Assembly (NCBI GenBank): GCA_048013815.1
Contig: CM106586.1
Location: 10,540,001-10,604,000, forward strand
DNA: 64,000 nucleotides
Origin: Setoptus koraiensis
Lineage: Eukaryota > Animalia > Arthropoda
Reading direction: 5' to 3'
A program made the position numbers and the translations under genes. The notes beneath the pieces are model-generated. The model was not told the origin of the DNA, did no database searches, and saw only the letters and a list, made by a program, of their open reading frames with translations. Below are positions 1 through 13,186 of this stretch, in pieces. Numbering within the stretch: position 1 is the stretch's first letter; each line of letters opens with the position of its first letter.

Positions 1-339
1 ATATAAGATTTAAGATATGAGATATGTGAGATGCGAGGGATATCATAAGATATTGCCAAGACATCTCAATATCTCACATGTTGTGTTGCGGCTCAATGTC
101 TCATATGGTAGCTATAACGCATAATAGTTGTGTGAGATATCGCGACGGCGGCCTAAAAAACGCTCTCATCTGCTCTCGGCGGGGGCGGCCGCATGACGAC
201 CGATGCGATTTCATGAATGCGAACGGCGATGCGGCGAGTTCATCGCTACCATTCGAATCGGCAGCCGTTGCGACGGCTCGCCACCGATCAATTGCGCAAT
301 ATCCCTCGATTCGGGCCTGCCGAAGCGGGCTGTTCGGCC

Positions 340-426
340 GGCAGATTCGCGGCAGGTTCGCGGCAGATTCGCGGCAGGTTCGCGGCAGGTTCGCGGCAGG
401 TTCGCGGCAGATTCGCGAGGTTCGCG
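340..426. repeat. Tandem repeat, 11-nt unit GGCAG(G/A)TTCGC, about 7.5 copies
   Basis: Read directly. It explains the periodic ORFs 78..764, 101..637 and 288..725. Confidence 0.9.
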
Positions 427-3400
427 ACATGAGAAATGAAGTATCTCGCATTGTGCGATATTTCGGATCGGATTGTGAGCAGTGTTCGCATGCAGCGGGC
501 CTCGCACCGCCGCCGGATACCGCCCGAACAGCGCGTCTGAGCGTTGCGCAAGTATTTGTGAGTATCTGTGCAAGTATGTGCGAGTATCTGTGCGAGTATT
601 TGCGAAAATATAAATATTTGCGTGCGCTCATTTGCATATCGAACGCTCATTGGCAGCGCTCGTCGTGTCGGCGCGCACCGACACCGACGACAACAACAAC
701 AACACACACACACACAATATTGCATTATTGGATAATCTTATATAATGATATTATGATGTTGTGATGCAATGATAGCGCACGATGTGATGCGCGATTAACG
801 ACACTCGACAACTATTATGCCTGTTTATATTTATATATCTATTTGTGACTCATGCATGCATTTATGCTGTTGTTGCCGTTGTTGCTGCTGTTGTTGCCGT
901 TGTTGCCGTTGTGCAACAGCAGCAACAACAACGCGCAGCGACTAGACGGCGACTAGGCAACAGCCACGACAACGACCGAGCCAGTTAGTTGGTGGCAGAG
1001 CGAGCCTTCTTTTTATGGCCGCAATCAAACTTTTTCTAATTCTTCTCGTTCGCGTTCTCGTTCGCAACGTTCATTGGCGCGCCGGCCGCGCAGGCCAACA
1101 AATCAACGAATTCCTCGCTACAAATTCAAATCAATTCGCAGTCAGCGTATTCTCGTCTCGTTTGCAAGGTCTCACTCGAGTCGCTGCGATCCCGAGTCGC
1201 TCGCGATTACGAGCCGATGCCGAATGGTTGCCGTCTCAAGTCGGTGGCGTCTGAGAGCGAGTTGCGCGAATTAAATCACCAACTGACAACGACTCAACTC
1301 GCTTGCCCCTAAACTGGGCGCCCCGCCACTGGCGTGTGTGTGGCCGTATATCTTGGTCGTCTGTTTTTTTATTACATAACAACCGCGCCACTTGCCTCTT
1401 TGCCATTTCCGGTGCCATCTGTTCGCTCTCTCGGTCGTCGCTGGCGTCGCTGCTGTTGGCGTTGGCGCGAACAACAACCAACCACCACAGCCGAGCCAGA
1501 CAAAGGCCGATGTGGGTGCCTCTAATCGCTCGTTTCGGCGGCCACTCGGCCGCACTCGGCCGCAGCTCGGCCGCAGCTCGGCCGAAGCTCGGGGGCCCAG
1601 CCCAGCGGACGCCCGACCGACCGACAGACCGACCGACAGACCGACCGAGCGCCAGCTCAACGATGCCCATTACGTCATTTTGAGTGGCTGGCGGCGGCGT
1701 TGCGTCATTGCAAGTGCTCGCATATTATCCAGTGCACAACACACACACACACACGACACAACGGGCGCATTGTGTTTTAATGCGCTGCCAAGTGCACATC
1801 CCAAAAAACACATGTAAATTACACACGACGCAATGTTTGTGTGTAAGTGGCCTTTATGAGTAGCGTTGAGTGATGTTATGTAATGAATTGATGCGATTGC
1901 GATTGAGATTGAGACAATGTGCAGCGGCGGGCCCGCAATCGAACGTTGTTGCCGTTGTTTCTGTCGTTGTCGCTGTTGCTCGGTTGTCGCTGTTGCTCGG
2001 TTGTCGCTGTCGCTCGGTTGTCGCTGTTGCTCGGCTCTTGATGATGCAACTGGCAAACGAGCGCGCTGACACAATGCGCGCCGACAATAAAATAAAATGT
2101 GACACATTTTTTTATCCGCTTCCTTTGCGCACTTTTTGCACATGCTGCCCCTGTCGCTCTGTCGCTGCCAATCGCTACTCACGCTTGTTTTTCATCATGG
2201 CCACACACACTTAATTATTGCATCTTTGCATATTCAATTATCTCCTTTTCGCATAATCGCGTCGGCAGCAACTTTTCGTCGTCGCAGCTCGCGGCGAGTC
2301 GGCCCACAACAGCGCTCAATAACGCACAACAAAGCAAACGCTAGACGTACTGAAAACTCGACAATCTCGAGTCGAGATATCGCGACAACGGGCTAAAAAA
2401 TCGACTCTCGTCGCTTTCGAATTCACTGCGGCTCTCGCATTCGCTGCGCGCATTCGTCAAAGTTTGAGACCCAAACTCATCAGCGATTTCGCCGGAGCTC
2501 TCAATCGGTCGGCGATTTCAAATCGCCGGTCGTGAACGCGCCCCGAAATCTGCCCACATCCTCAGTAATGTAACATCACTCAGAGGCTTGTGCGGCGGCC
2601 CAATTGGCGCCACTGATCCGGTGGCCGCGATGGGGGCCCCGCTGTGAGGCCTGTCGTTGCGGTTGGCGCGGCCACGCAAGTGTCACAAACAATCACAATT
2701 GCGACACGATCGCGACACCATTGAGACATGCCACTGCCACTGACTGTGCGAAATTGCGCGCATTGTGAAAAACAAAACAAGTGGGCCCGATGTTGCGTAA
2801 TAAGTCGTTGCGCAATAAGTCGTTGCGTAATGACTGTCGGCTAATCGTGCCGGAACGTGCCAACGGACGGCACAACGGTTTCGGTTGCGCAACGGGCATC
2901 GCGTTCACTAGTTACTATTATGACTAACTGCATGTAAGTGCGTGTAAAATATAAAATGTAACTGTTTATGAGTTTTGAGTGCGCCAAAACGGGCCGGAAA
3001 CGGCCCTAACGACTCGGGCCATTGTTGTTATCGTTATCACTTGATCGGCGGCATCGTCGGGCGCGCACTGTCAGCGATGATGCCATCCCGACGGCCGGCC
3101 GGCCGGCTGATGGGCGCAGATAGTGGCGACAGATAACAGCGAGATGATACACAAATCATAGAGGCATAATAGCGATAAAATAGCGAGATGATGCACAGAT
3201 GATAGCGAGATAAAACAGAGCGATCGCTTCATTGGGCCCAATTGCCCACTGCTCGCTCCACTGATGCTTGGCCGGCCCGAAGCGTGCCCCCGTTGCGCAC
3301 CGGCGACGTCTCGTTGGCGCGTTGGCGACATCTCACGCGACATCTCTCGCAAATTGGCCAACTTGCAACTTTGCGAGCCTCCTCTCTCGAGCAAGTCGAC

Positions 3401-3660
3401 GCGCTCGCTAGAGGAAGCGCTCGAATCGTTCGCGACAACAAGCGCCCGATTCGTTCGAGACAAGAAGCGCTCCAAGTGCCCAACTCGAGCTGGCGCGAAC
3501 GGGCCGCCTCGCTTGAACGCCAGCGTAAACGCGCCAGCAATTCCTGTTGCCCGGTGCCCTGTTTTTTACTATTTTACGATCAACGGGGCCGGAACTGAGC
3601 GCTCGCGCACATGGCTCGCCACTGCACGCCACCAAATCTGTGCCGAATGGGCCAAGTGGG

Positions 3661-3751
3661 CCAACGTGCCAACGTGCCAACGTGCCAACGTGCCAACGTG
3701 CCAACGTGCCAACGTTCCAAAGTGCCAACGTGCCAAATGCGCCAAAGTGCC
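3661..3751. repeat. Tandem repeat, 8-nt unit CCAACGTG, about 10 copies, degenerating at the 3' end
   Basis: Read directly (ccaacgtgccaacgtg...). Confidence 0.9.
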
Positions 3752-3929
3752 GAATGCGCCAGAGCGTCAAAGTGTAAGCCGAGCGAGCAGCCCGAAACAA
3801 TCATCGCCGGGCCCGGCGATGACGCAAGCGCCCAGTGGTAAGTCAAGCACTCAAGTCGAGACTAATTGGTGCTGAGCAAGATAAGAGCGACGGCGAGATC
3901 TTTTCATTTCTTGCGAAGTTTCGAAGCGT

Positions 3930-4000
3930 CCGAGCTTCGAAGGTCCGAGCTTCGAAGGTCCGAATTTCGAACGCGCCCGAGCTTCGAACGCGTCCGAATT
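3930..4000. repeat. Tandem repeat, ~15-nt unit CCGAGCTTCGAAGGT
   Basis: Read directly; 4-5 imperfect copies. Confidence 0.75.
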
Positions 4001-4358
4001 TCTCTCGGAATCCAGCAGATGAGTCACTTTGGGCCACGATGGCTGCGCAAACAGGTTGTTGTGCGCGATGAGCCGACAGCGTCATAGGTGAATCGGTTGC
4101 CCGAGCCGATGAGTCGCTTTTATTCGGTTGATACCAAGTGACCGAGCTGGCCTAACTGGCCTGCGACTGTTTTGTACACTGATTACTGTTTTGTGCACTG
4201 ATTACTGTATACACAAATTGCCAATTGGCGCAACCATTGGCTACCCATTGCGACCAATTGCGACTGGCACAGGTGTAATTGGTCGCAAGCCACGGTCACG
4301 GTTCAATGCGGCCCCCGCGTCTTGCAGCCATCGGCCATCGCTGGCCATATGTCGCGTG

Positions 4359-4414
4359 GCCAGTTCACCTGTGGCACGGCCAGTTCACCTGTGGCACGGC
4401 CAGTTCACCTGTGC
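4359..4414. repeat. Tandem repeat, 20-nt unit GCCAGTTCACCTGTGGCACG x3, containing E-box CACCTG
   Basis: Read directly. Confidence 0.85.
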
Positions 4415-4687
4415 CCGCACGGCCAGCCTATGACATGGGCACAAACAACGGATATTACATAACAATATTTTATACGATACAGTTTGTATGATGGTTGAGT
4501 TATAGTTGCGCAACATGGCGCATAGTTGTGTAGTCGTATCGGTGCAGTCATCGGTGCCAAGTAGCCATAGTTGCGCAATATAGTTACACATAATGTAATA
4601 TAGTTACACATAATGTAATATAGTGTTTGCACATGCTGCGCGGTTGGTGCGTCCAAATATTATGATTACCGTATATGTGATCAACAG

Positions 4688-4704
4688 TGAATCTAGTGCC
4701 TCAG
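4688..4704 (+). CDS. Candidate 17-nt microexon (ESSASG) of the ARID3-like gene
   Basis: Flanked by caacAG and GTgagc. Its phase-1 end joins the phase-1 acceptor at 9353 to read E-S-S-A-S-G-D-F-S-D-D-D-E. No transcript support. Confidence 0.3.
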
Positions 4705-5327
4705 GTGAGCTTACGTAACGTATCAATTAAAGTGGAGCTGGCCAGGTTGCATTGATGCATTGGCAATTAGCAGCAAACAGCGGACGGCAAACAGCGGCCA
4801 GCGACGAATATAAACTATCGAAGCGAGCAATCGGAACGCATTCGGCCTGGCATTGTGCCGGCAACAGTGTGAAGCCGAATCAGTGACTCGTTACATCACG
4901 ATCACGGCGACACTGCGGCGATGCACACACATATCGATGACAATGGATACGCACGGATAATGTGCGATATAATTGTGACGCAATATGCGATATAATTGCG
5001 ATGCGATATGCGATACAATTGCGCTAATGCCAAATGCGATATAATTGTGACGCAATAAGCGGCTAACAACAATATTGCCGCATATTGGCCGCCCGGCGAC
5101 AAGTGTGCCAATTTAAATGGCTCACGCTCGCAATTCGCAATTGTCAGTTCGGCATTGAGCATGTTGAATGGAGCTGCGAATGGATATTTCAGGTGCCGGG
5201 CCCGATAATGATCATGGTGCACTTGCCAGTGAGTACGCAAGTGAGTCGCGGGCCGGCCGTCAGGGCGGCGTTCGTTCAATTGTACGCGTCAATGAATTCG
5301 CCGTCCACTGCCATGGCCGCCGCTCTA

Positions 5328-5389
5328 CACTCACCTGTGCCACACTCACCTGTGCCACACTCACCTGTGCCACACTCACCTGTGCCACA
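5328..5389. repeat. Tandem repeat, 15-nt unit CACTCACCTGTGCCA x4, containing E-box
   Basis: Read directly. Confidence 0.9.
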
Positions 5390-5732
5390 GCCGACAGGTG
5401 AGTGCAAGGCGACAGGTGAGTGTAGAGTGGGCAGTGGGCAGCTGAATGGGGGCTTCGCTCACTCATTCACAACTGTTGCGTAGTGGCGGCCATGAATGGG
5501 ACACTCGAGAGTCTCAAGTTGAGAGTCTCGAGTTGAGACGCGGGCCGGTCGCCGGTTGGATCACTCACGCGTACAATTCATTGTCGTCATCGTTGTTAAT
5601 GGCCTGCGATGGCCCGCCAATCGTAGGGCCGGCGATATGATTTGCAGGCCGTCGCCGGACAGCAGCGACATGATTTAATTAGTGCTGCCCACGCCATTAG
5701 CGCTGATATTGTCTGCAACATCGGCTGTTGCA

Positions 5733-5767
<35 letters not shown>

Positions 5768-6081
5768 GTCAGCCAGTTATCATCTGTCAGTTATTATCTG
5801 TGCATTATCATTGGTATTGTTGTGCATTATTATTAGCATTGCATAAGAGTGTGCGCACACTGAGCGAGCCGACGCTCGGTCGCAACAGGTGAGCCGAGTT
5901 TATTAGTTTTGTCGTCGCTGCCTATGTAACATATGCGCTCATATGTTACATATCAGATGCATTGGCGATATTGTTGGCCCATTGGACACACATTACATAA
6001 TCATAATTACATAACTTGGCGCTATTCATGCCATCGATACCTTGCCTAAATAACTGGCTGCACACACACAGTCACTGTGCA

Positions 6082-6153
6082 GCACAGGTGACTCAGGTAT
6101 CGGCACAGGTGACTCAGGTATCGGCACAGGTGAGGCGGGCATCGGCACAGGTG
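6082..6153. repeat. Tandem repeat, 21-nt unit GCACAGGTGACTCAGGTATCG, about 3.5 copies, containing E-box
   Basis: Read directly. Confidence 0.85.
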
Positions 6154-9100
6154 ATAGTACAGGCAACACGGTGAGCGTATCATCGGCGATAATCGGCCGG
6201 CGCAACCTGTTTAATGCTTCACATACGGCTTCTTGGCAGCATAAATAACGCCAAGTAATGCCATTACAAAATTATAATTGAGCCAGCTCTATAAATGAGA
6301 GAGCGCCGCTCGCCAACGAAGCGCCCCCAGTCGGCTGTTGCGGCTGCCTGTTTGCGCAGTCACCTGTTACCTGTAGTTGCCCGAAGTTGCCTGTAGTTGG
6401 CTGTGGTTGCCCGTAGTTGGCTGTATTTGGCTGTTGTTGGCTGTTGTTGTGAGTGGTGCGCTCGACGAGCACAAGATGTATAATATTAATGCATGTGATA
6501 TAGGTAATTGCGATTTGTTTGTGCGTGCGCTGTGATTGATTTGTGATCAACAGTTGTCGTTGTCGTTGTTGTTGTTCGCTCGCTCGTTCGCTTGTTTGTT
6601 TGTTCACCATTTCGAGTTCATTGAGATTTGTTGCTGTTGTCGTTGCTGTTGTTGGTGCTGTTGTTGCTGTTGGCACAATAGCAGCGCCAATTAAGGACTC
6701 GCAGCGACACAGACGGGCTCGCAAATGATGCAGTCGTGAGTTGCACAAATCAATCCAAATCTATGTGTAACGACTAATAAGCAACCAACGACGACGACGA
6801 CGACGACTAAACAAATTGTTTGCTTGTGCTGTCGTCTTGTTATTTCGCATTATGGCAACATTAGATCACACATATTGCACTTGTTAGCAAGGCTTGCGCA
6901 CCAAGATGAATTGACATGTATGATAAAAAGTGACACGCCAATGCCACTCGCAATTGGCGCCGATGCCAGTCGTAAGGCCAACGCCAATCGTCAGTCATTG
7001 CGCGCTGAATTGCGCGATTGTCGCCCAAATTTGATTAATTAGCTAGTTAATTAGGCGTATGCGTACATGACATGTGTTTGTAATGTGTGTGTGTGTGTGT
7101 GTGTGTTGCTGCCACCAGCCATCGAAGCGACAACAAATAAACAAACAAGCAAACAAATAAACAAACAGACAAACACAAACAAACAACAACCGGCCTGGCG
7201 AGTCAAGACACTCGGGCAAGCGCGCCAAACACGACAAAATGCATAATAATCGATACGGCCATCACCTCGACACGGCCCATGATAATGCACCGGCTTACAC
7301 GGATATCTCACAATGAGTTCACAATGAGTTGCCAGCATAAATGATGCAATGTGCAATTTGTCAATTGAATGACAATTGCCGCCAAATCGCACCCATTGGC
7401 CATCACAGATTGGCTATCACACAGACTGGCTATCGCAGCCGCGTTTGGTCATTGCAGCCGCGACCGGTTAACCGGCTAACGGTGCTCGCCCACGCAAAGC
7501 GCCTGTCGAGCCCGCAGTGGACATCGCGAACGGTTGGCAAATCGACGGGCAAATCGACGACGAATCCGCTGGCGATCGTCACAGTCATCAACTGGCGATC
7601 GTCGACTTGCGACGCGTTTCGTCGTCGTCGGTATTGTGGCTCGTGTGGCCCGCTGGTTGGCGACGGCGATCCGTCGCCGCGGCCCAATTTCTGGTATCGA
7701 TATCGGCCAACTCGTCTGTCGATATCGGCCAACTTGACTGCCCCGACATCGGCCCACTCGGCTGTCGATGTCGCCCAACTCGAGTATCCATGCCGAGCAG
7801 CGCCGCATACCGATCCATTAATCAATCAATTATCGCAAGGGCGAAAAAAGTCGCCGTCGGCATTGTTGGCGCTGCGGATTGGCGACGGCACTTGAGTCAG
7901 CAGAGTGTGACTTATGGGTGACTCGATGGTTGTTTCGCTTCTCAAATATTGATCGAACATTGATATCGGGGTCGCTGCTTCTCGTCGCCAGTTATCTAAT
8001 GATAGCTCTCATACTGCGATGCTGCTGCTGCTGCTGTTACTCTCCCACTGCAAAATGTAAATTTAATGGCGACACACACGGCTGTATCCATTAGATGATA
8101 TGAGGAGGATGTTAGATTGAAATTAAGATAGATGTATAATGATGTCGTCGAGTGGTGGTGGTGGTGGCACAGTTCAAGATGGTGGCGATTGCATTTTTGA
8201 GACTCTATTGCTCTATTGCTCTATTGCTCTATCAGTGTATCACTCCGTCACTCTTGCGCTCTATTACAACACAACTACATTACTCCATCGCTATATTGCC
8301 ATAAGCATAATTACAACAACAACAACGACGACGACGACGATAGATTCGAGAGATCCCAACGACGAGATTCAAAGCCATACATCGGAGGCATGAGCAGATG
8401 AAGAGACGAGCAGATGAGGAGAATATAATAAAAAAGAATATTAAATGGCATGCTATATTATCATAGTTAAATTGTCAAAATGTGTCACCCATGACTAGTA
8501 AAGCATACAAAATTAATGTTTATGTATCGCGCTTCGTTGGGCCTGCGTTAAATATCTATCGCTGGCGAGCGCTACTGTTATCGTCGCTCGCCAGCTTGAT
8601 GTAAAAAGAATATCAACGACGACAGAATCAAGAATCAAGAATCGGCAATCGGCGATACGCCATTATTGTGCCGACGCTTGACTCATCATCATCATCACGG
8701 CGCTATTATCATCATCAGCAGCAGCATCACGGCAATGCCGTCATGCTGACGATGATAATAACTATTCCGATCGCATTCCTAAAGTTGCAACGCTGCCCTA
8801 ACAAATAACATGCCACTGGCATTACCATTGATAATCCCATCTCATCTGGCTCAGTGTGGTATTCAAGTGTATCAACTTGTAGCTTGCAACAACGCAATAT
8901 AAACTGATGAATGAGATAAATAAATAACAACTCCACTGCAGCGACTGCAACTGTTATGCAATAATATAGCAATGGTAATGCAATTGTGTAGCACCATGCT
9001 GCCGTTGCCATTGTTATTATGCAAATAGTTTGTGTAATAAGGTGATAAGCCGATAAGCGCTGGTGTTTGCTAGGCTGATTTGTTGCATAATGATATACAA

Positions 9101-9352
9101 TATAATGTGCGTGGGTGCACAATCAACCTATATAGGGTGCGTGAGTTTGATAAGCTCACCTATATCTGATTGTCTCGTCGAGCGATCGCATTGTCGCGTG
9201 CACAACGGCCCTCTGTAACTGATATCTAATCAATTGTACTTGTTCATATAGTCATTTATACCGACTCGTCTAATCATTTATACCGACTCATCTAATCATT
9301 TATACTGATTATTCTCTATGCCACCCGTGTACCTGTTTCATTCGTACAACAG

Positions 9353-10374
9353 GTGACTTTAGCGATGACGACGAGCGACCGCTCGAGGAAGACGACCTCA
9401 TTGACGATGACGAGCTCAGCATGACAGGCTCAACTGGCTCACAGCACAATCACATGGGCCAACGGAACCCCATGGCCGCGGGCTCCAACAGTAGTGGTGG
9501 CCAGCCCAATATTGGCCGACATCTCAATCTAAATCTCAATTTGAACCACCACAATCTTCATAATAGTGCTCACCATCATCATCATCACAATCATCATCAT
9601 CATCAACAATTAGCGGCCGGCTTTGCCATGGCCAGCCAGTTTGCCGCCGCTGCTGCTGCGGCCGCAGCAAATCAGCATCATCAATTGGGCAGTGAGGCCG
9701 CTAGCGCTAAATCAAATTTGGCCAATTTAATTCAACAACAACAACAACAGGAGGCACTCGATTTGGGCATGAGAAGTGGCGATTCTGTGACCTCTGGCAC
9801 GCCAACATCACCACACTCCACCAATAATGATCTTAGTCTAATCAACAACAATCATCACCAATCTATTTTGTCCAGTATCGTAAAAGCAAATAAGAATTTA
9901 AATATCAGCAAAAACAACAGCAACAATAACAGTATTAACAACAGTCATCAACGTCTCAAGGTCGACATCAATAACAAACATCACCATCATCGTCATCATT
10001 CTAACTTACATAGGCAGCAGCAACCTGTGTCACCATTTAACGATGAAGAAGATCATCATGATGAATCAATGCCACCCTCTGATTCCGAGGACAATAATAA
10101 CAACAACAACAACGATATGATGCTTTTAAATGATGATCAACAACAAAACCAACAATCATCCGTTGATGATGCAACAACAAGGAAACAAGGGGAGCAACAA
10201 CTACAAATACAACACCAACAACAACAACAACAGAGCGACACAAACAACAACAATAGCTGCAACAAAACTAAAGCAACTCTAACAGGTCCCAACAATTCGC
10301 AGATGCTTGTTAGTATGGATGTTAACGGTGTCCTCTACCAGGGAGTCCTATTCGCTTGCCCTAGGAAATTATAA
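9353..10374 (+). CDS. retn: Terminal coding exon of an ARID3/dead ringer (retained)-like transcription factor
   Basis: Acceptor ...cgtacaacAG at 9351-9352 is in frame with ORF 9421..10374. His/Gln/Asn/Ala low-complexity tracts. C-terminal SMDVNGVLYQGVLFA matches the REKLES-beta motif of ARID3 proteins. The ARID domain itself is not seen in the window and is presumably upstream. Confidence 0.65.
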
Positions 10375-11064
10375 ATAGATGATAAATAAAAATAAATTAA
10401 ATATAGCCAACTCGCTATCGATTTATAGTCGCACATACATGTTGATATGTTGTTGTTGATGGGTCCCTCTATTCGGCCTCAATTCCTCCTGATCTGATAT
10501 CCTGTTGTGTTGACAGTCTTCTTTTCCATCCTCCTTTATCACAATTGTCTATCACGTCCTTAGTTCAGTCGGCTCATAATTAATAATCATCTCATTAGAG
10601 CACAGCCAGCTTCATATACGTGTATTGCACGAGCCCATTATCGACCAACAATAGGAACAATATGGCTGATTATCACTGCTTGCATCGCCACGACAACCCT
10701 CTGGGCACTCGTTTGTTTGCTGTGATTCACCTCGTCAAAGTCACCCAGATCGTATGTGACGTTACGGAGGCGAGGATTGCATTGAACTTGATGGCGAACG
10801 TTTATTTGACAAATGAGCAAGCAAGCAAACAAGTAGATAAAGACAATGTCAAGTGCGACACAAATGAACTTGTTGACGAAATTCGGCTAGATTTTTCTAT
10901 ATTTTCAGCCAATATTATGCTATAGTAGTTCATATTAGTTTAGCATTCGTGTTTTAACATAACTACCGAAACATACAAGCTGGTTAGAGTCGGTGGCAAA
11001 ACCAAAAGGTCCTGCTGCTTCCGTTGACCTATTTGAAGAAATTATGCGCCACAAAATCGAGTGC

Positions 11065-12651
11065 TCACAGGCCCAAATCTAGATCAAGATCCAATTCTAT
11101 GTCGTCATGGGCAGCAAAAAGGTCGGTGGCAGTCTTGAGTGGGGTAGATCCTAAGGGTTTGCGTCCATCTATAATATCTTTATTGCTCTTGTTATTCTGG
11201 TAACCTGAGCTTTCATTTGGGGTATTTGTTGCTGTAAGACCTTGAGGATTGTTAGGTGTAAGCATGGTGTTTTTTGAGAATTTATGCACAATTGTTGGTG
11301 TACATTTTCTCCTGGTAAAAGGGTCTTCTGTTTTGACATTCTTGCTTTCCATTAGCACTTTTTCGGCCTCGGCTATATTTCTCAATCGGTTGCGCTCATT
11401 AACGAAGGATATTGCTGAAAATGTGGAACTACTACGCGATTTTTCCTGCTGTTTGGCTTTCTCCTCAACCATGTCAATATCTTGTTGGATTTTTAGTGCC
11501 AAAGCGTGATCGCCTGCTAGTTCGGCATCGGCCTTCTGAGCTATTAGTTGTGTCTTGCGCATAGCAAAATTGTATGGGGTTTCCTTGAAGCGGTTCTTTT
11601 CGGCTAGCATAGCCTCAATATCGGCGTCCTTATATTCGTATTCTATTGCCTTCTTTAAGTCGATCTTTTTGCGCATAAACAGCTCCTTGGTAGGTTGGTC
11701 GCAATTATCATTTTGCATTTGTTCTTTCCATCTGAGTAAATCGTTTTCATCAAATGGACTGTTCGATATGTACAACATTTGGTAGGTGCGCTCTGTTTTG
11801 CCCATTTTTAAAAATACAGCCTTGTCCGTTCTGGTTTTGCCTAAATTGTAGGCTTTATTTGATTTAATTACATCAGTGATTTGCGCCACCTTGTAGACAT
11901 GCCCTTTGGTTTGTGGATTGTTGCCTATGCTAATTTTAACAAATAGTCCTATGGCTGTTTGTTTGAAGAAGGGCGCGTGGCACCATTCCTCGATTTGATC
12001 TCGTTTCAATTGTATAGATTTCAAGTCCATCAATGTGATATCGAAGTCCTCCACCTCTTCTTCGTCTTCGCGATCCGATTGTTCATCATCTGAGTCATTA
12101 TCATCGTGCGAGTCATTTGAATCATTGGATAGAGCGCCATTGCTTGCATTAGTGACACTATTCTTGCTAGTAGCATGATTGATGGTTGTGGCTGGGGTTG
12201 AATGATGATCATTGTGATGGTAGTGGCTTGGACTACTGTCTTCATCGCTGCTACTATCATCGTCGGAATCTGAGTAAATATCTGAGGCTCTCAGGCGCTG
12301 CCTCTTTTGTTCTTGCTTCTTTTCTAATTCTTTCTTTTTGGCCAGTCTCAGTTTGCGTTCAATCTCGAATCTAGTTCGCAGAACTTCACGCTTCTCACTT
12401 CTGTTAAATAGCTCTTGTTCTCTCTCTTTCTCTGTTAGTTGAGCCAGTCTTCGTTGATCCTCTTCGTCGCCCATGAGATTGTCGTCGTAGCCATCATCGA
12501 ATTGATCATCCTCTATTTCGCCCTCCTCTTTTTCTTCCTCCACTTTGGCCTTCTTGATTCTTTTCTTTTTAGTATTACTCTTGGTTTTGTTGCTACTTTT
12601 GGCGTTCCATTCTACGTCGCCATCGTCATCGCTACTGCTGAAAGATGCCAT
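11065..12651 (-). CDS. RTF1: RNA polymerase-associated protein RTF1 (Paf1 complex), 528 aa, intronless
   Basis: N-terminal GYDDNLMGDEEDQRRLAQLTEKEREQELFNRSEKREVLRTRFEIE, Plus3 domain (WCHAPFFKQTAIGLFVKISIG...YKVAQI), and DPFTRRKCTP motif. Confidence 0.95.
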   Translation of the reverse strand: MASFSSSDDDGDVEWNAKSSNKTKSNTKKKRIKKAKVEEEKEEGEIEDDQFDDGYDDNLMGDEEDQRRLAQLTEKEREQELFNRSEKREVLRTRFEIERKLRLAKKKELEKKQEQKRQRLRASDIYSDSDDDSSSDEDSSPSHYHHNDHHSTPATTINHATSKNSVTNASNGALSNDSNDSHDDNDSDDEQSDREDEEEVEDFDITLMDLKSIQLKRDQIEEWCHAPFFKQTAIGLFVKISIGNNPQTKGHVYKVAQITDVIKSNKAYNLGKTRTDKAVFLKMGKTERTYQMLYISNSPFDENDLLRWKEQMQNDNCDQPTKELFMRKKIDLKKAIEYEYKDADIEAMLAEKNRFKETPYNFAMRKTQLIAQKADAELAGDHALALKIQQDIDMVEEKAKQQEKSRSSSTFSAISFVNERNRLRNIAEAEKVLMESKNVKTEDPFTRRKCTPTIVHKFSKNTMLTPNNPQGLTATNTPNESSGYQNNKSNKDIIDGRKPLGSTPLKTATDLFAAHDDIELDLDLDLGL

Positions 12652-13186
12652 CCTGCTTTGCTAATGTCGTTGATTGTTTGTGATTGTAGTAATAATAAGA
12701 ATATAAATAATATATAATATATTATTATAATATTATTATTATAAATATATAATAAAATATATTTACAATAATATATATATAATAATATATAGTATTAAAA
12801 GTAAGTATATTTATCGTATCAGCCTTGTTCATTGCTGACACACACACACACACACACACGCACAAACGCTGACACGCACAGGCTAACCGTATCGGTTTGC
12901 AACGATACGGCGGAATGCTGCAATAGATGTCGCCACCGCTCGCAATCGCACGAAATGCGATTCAAACGGAACGGCGCCAAACACATAGCACCTTTGCGAG
13001 TTAGTGATGGGTACCTGATTTTGCACACAAAAATACAAGGTGTACATATGAGATAGTCATGGAATAACACTAAAAGTATCAGTCTTTGTACCCAGAGATT
13101 AAACTGGCGACTATTATTCACATGTTCATATTTACACACGATCATATTCACAATACGAGGATATTTAAAGGTTTGACAGATCGAAT

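Noticed and set aside
78-764. Overlapping long ORFs on both strands (228, 178 and 145 aa)
   Set aside because: Kept open by an 11-nt GC-rich tandem repeat and microsatellites. No domain and no splice context.
3242-3875. ORFs of 118-203 aa with protein-like stretches
   Set aside because: No recognisable family, partly built from the CCAACGTG repeat, and several frames are open on both strands, as expected in GC-rich non-coding DNA.
7341-7921. Cluster of 110-184-aa ORFs
   Set aside because: Multi-frame openness from CG-rich low-complexity sequence. I looked for the ARID domain here and did not find it.
10977-11030. tRNA-like AGCTGGTTAGAG (A-box-like) segment
   Set aside because: No GGTTCGA T-loop, no acceptor stem, and a poor anticodon stem.
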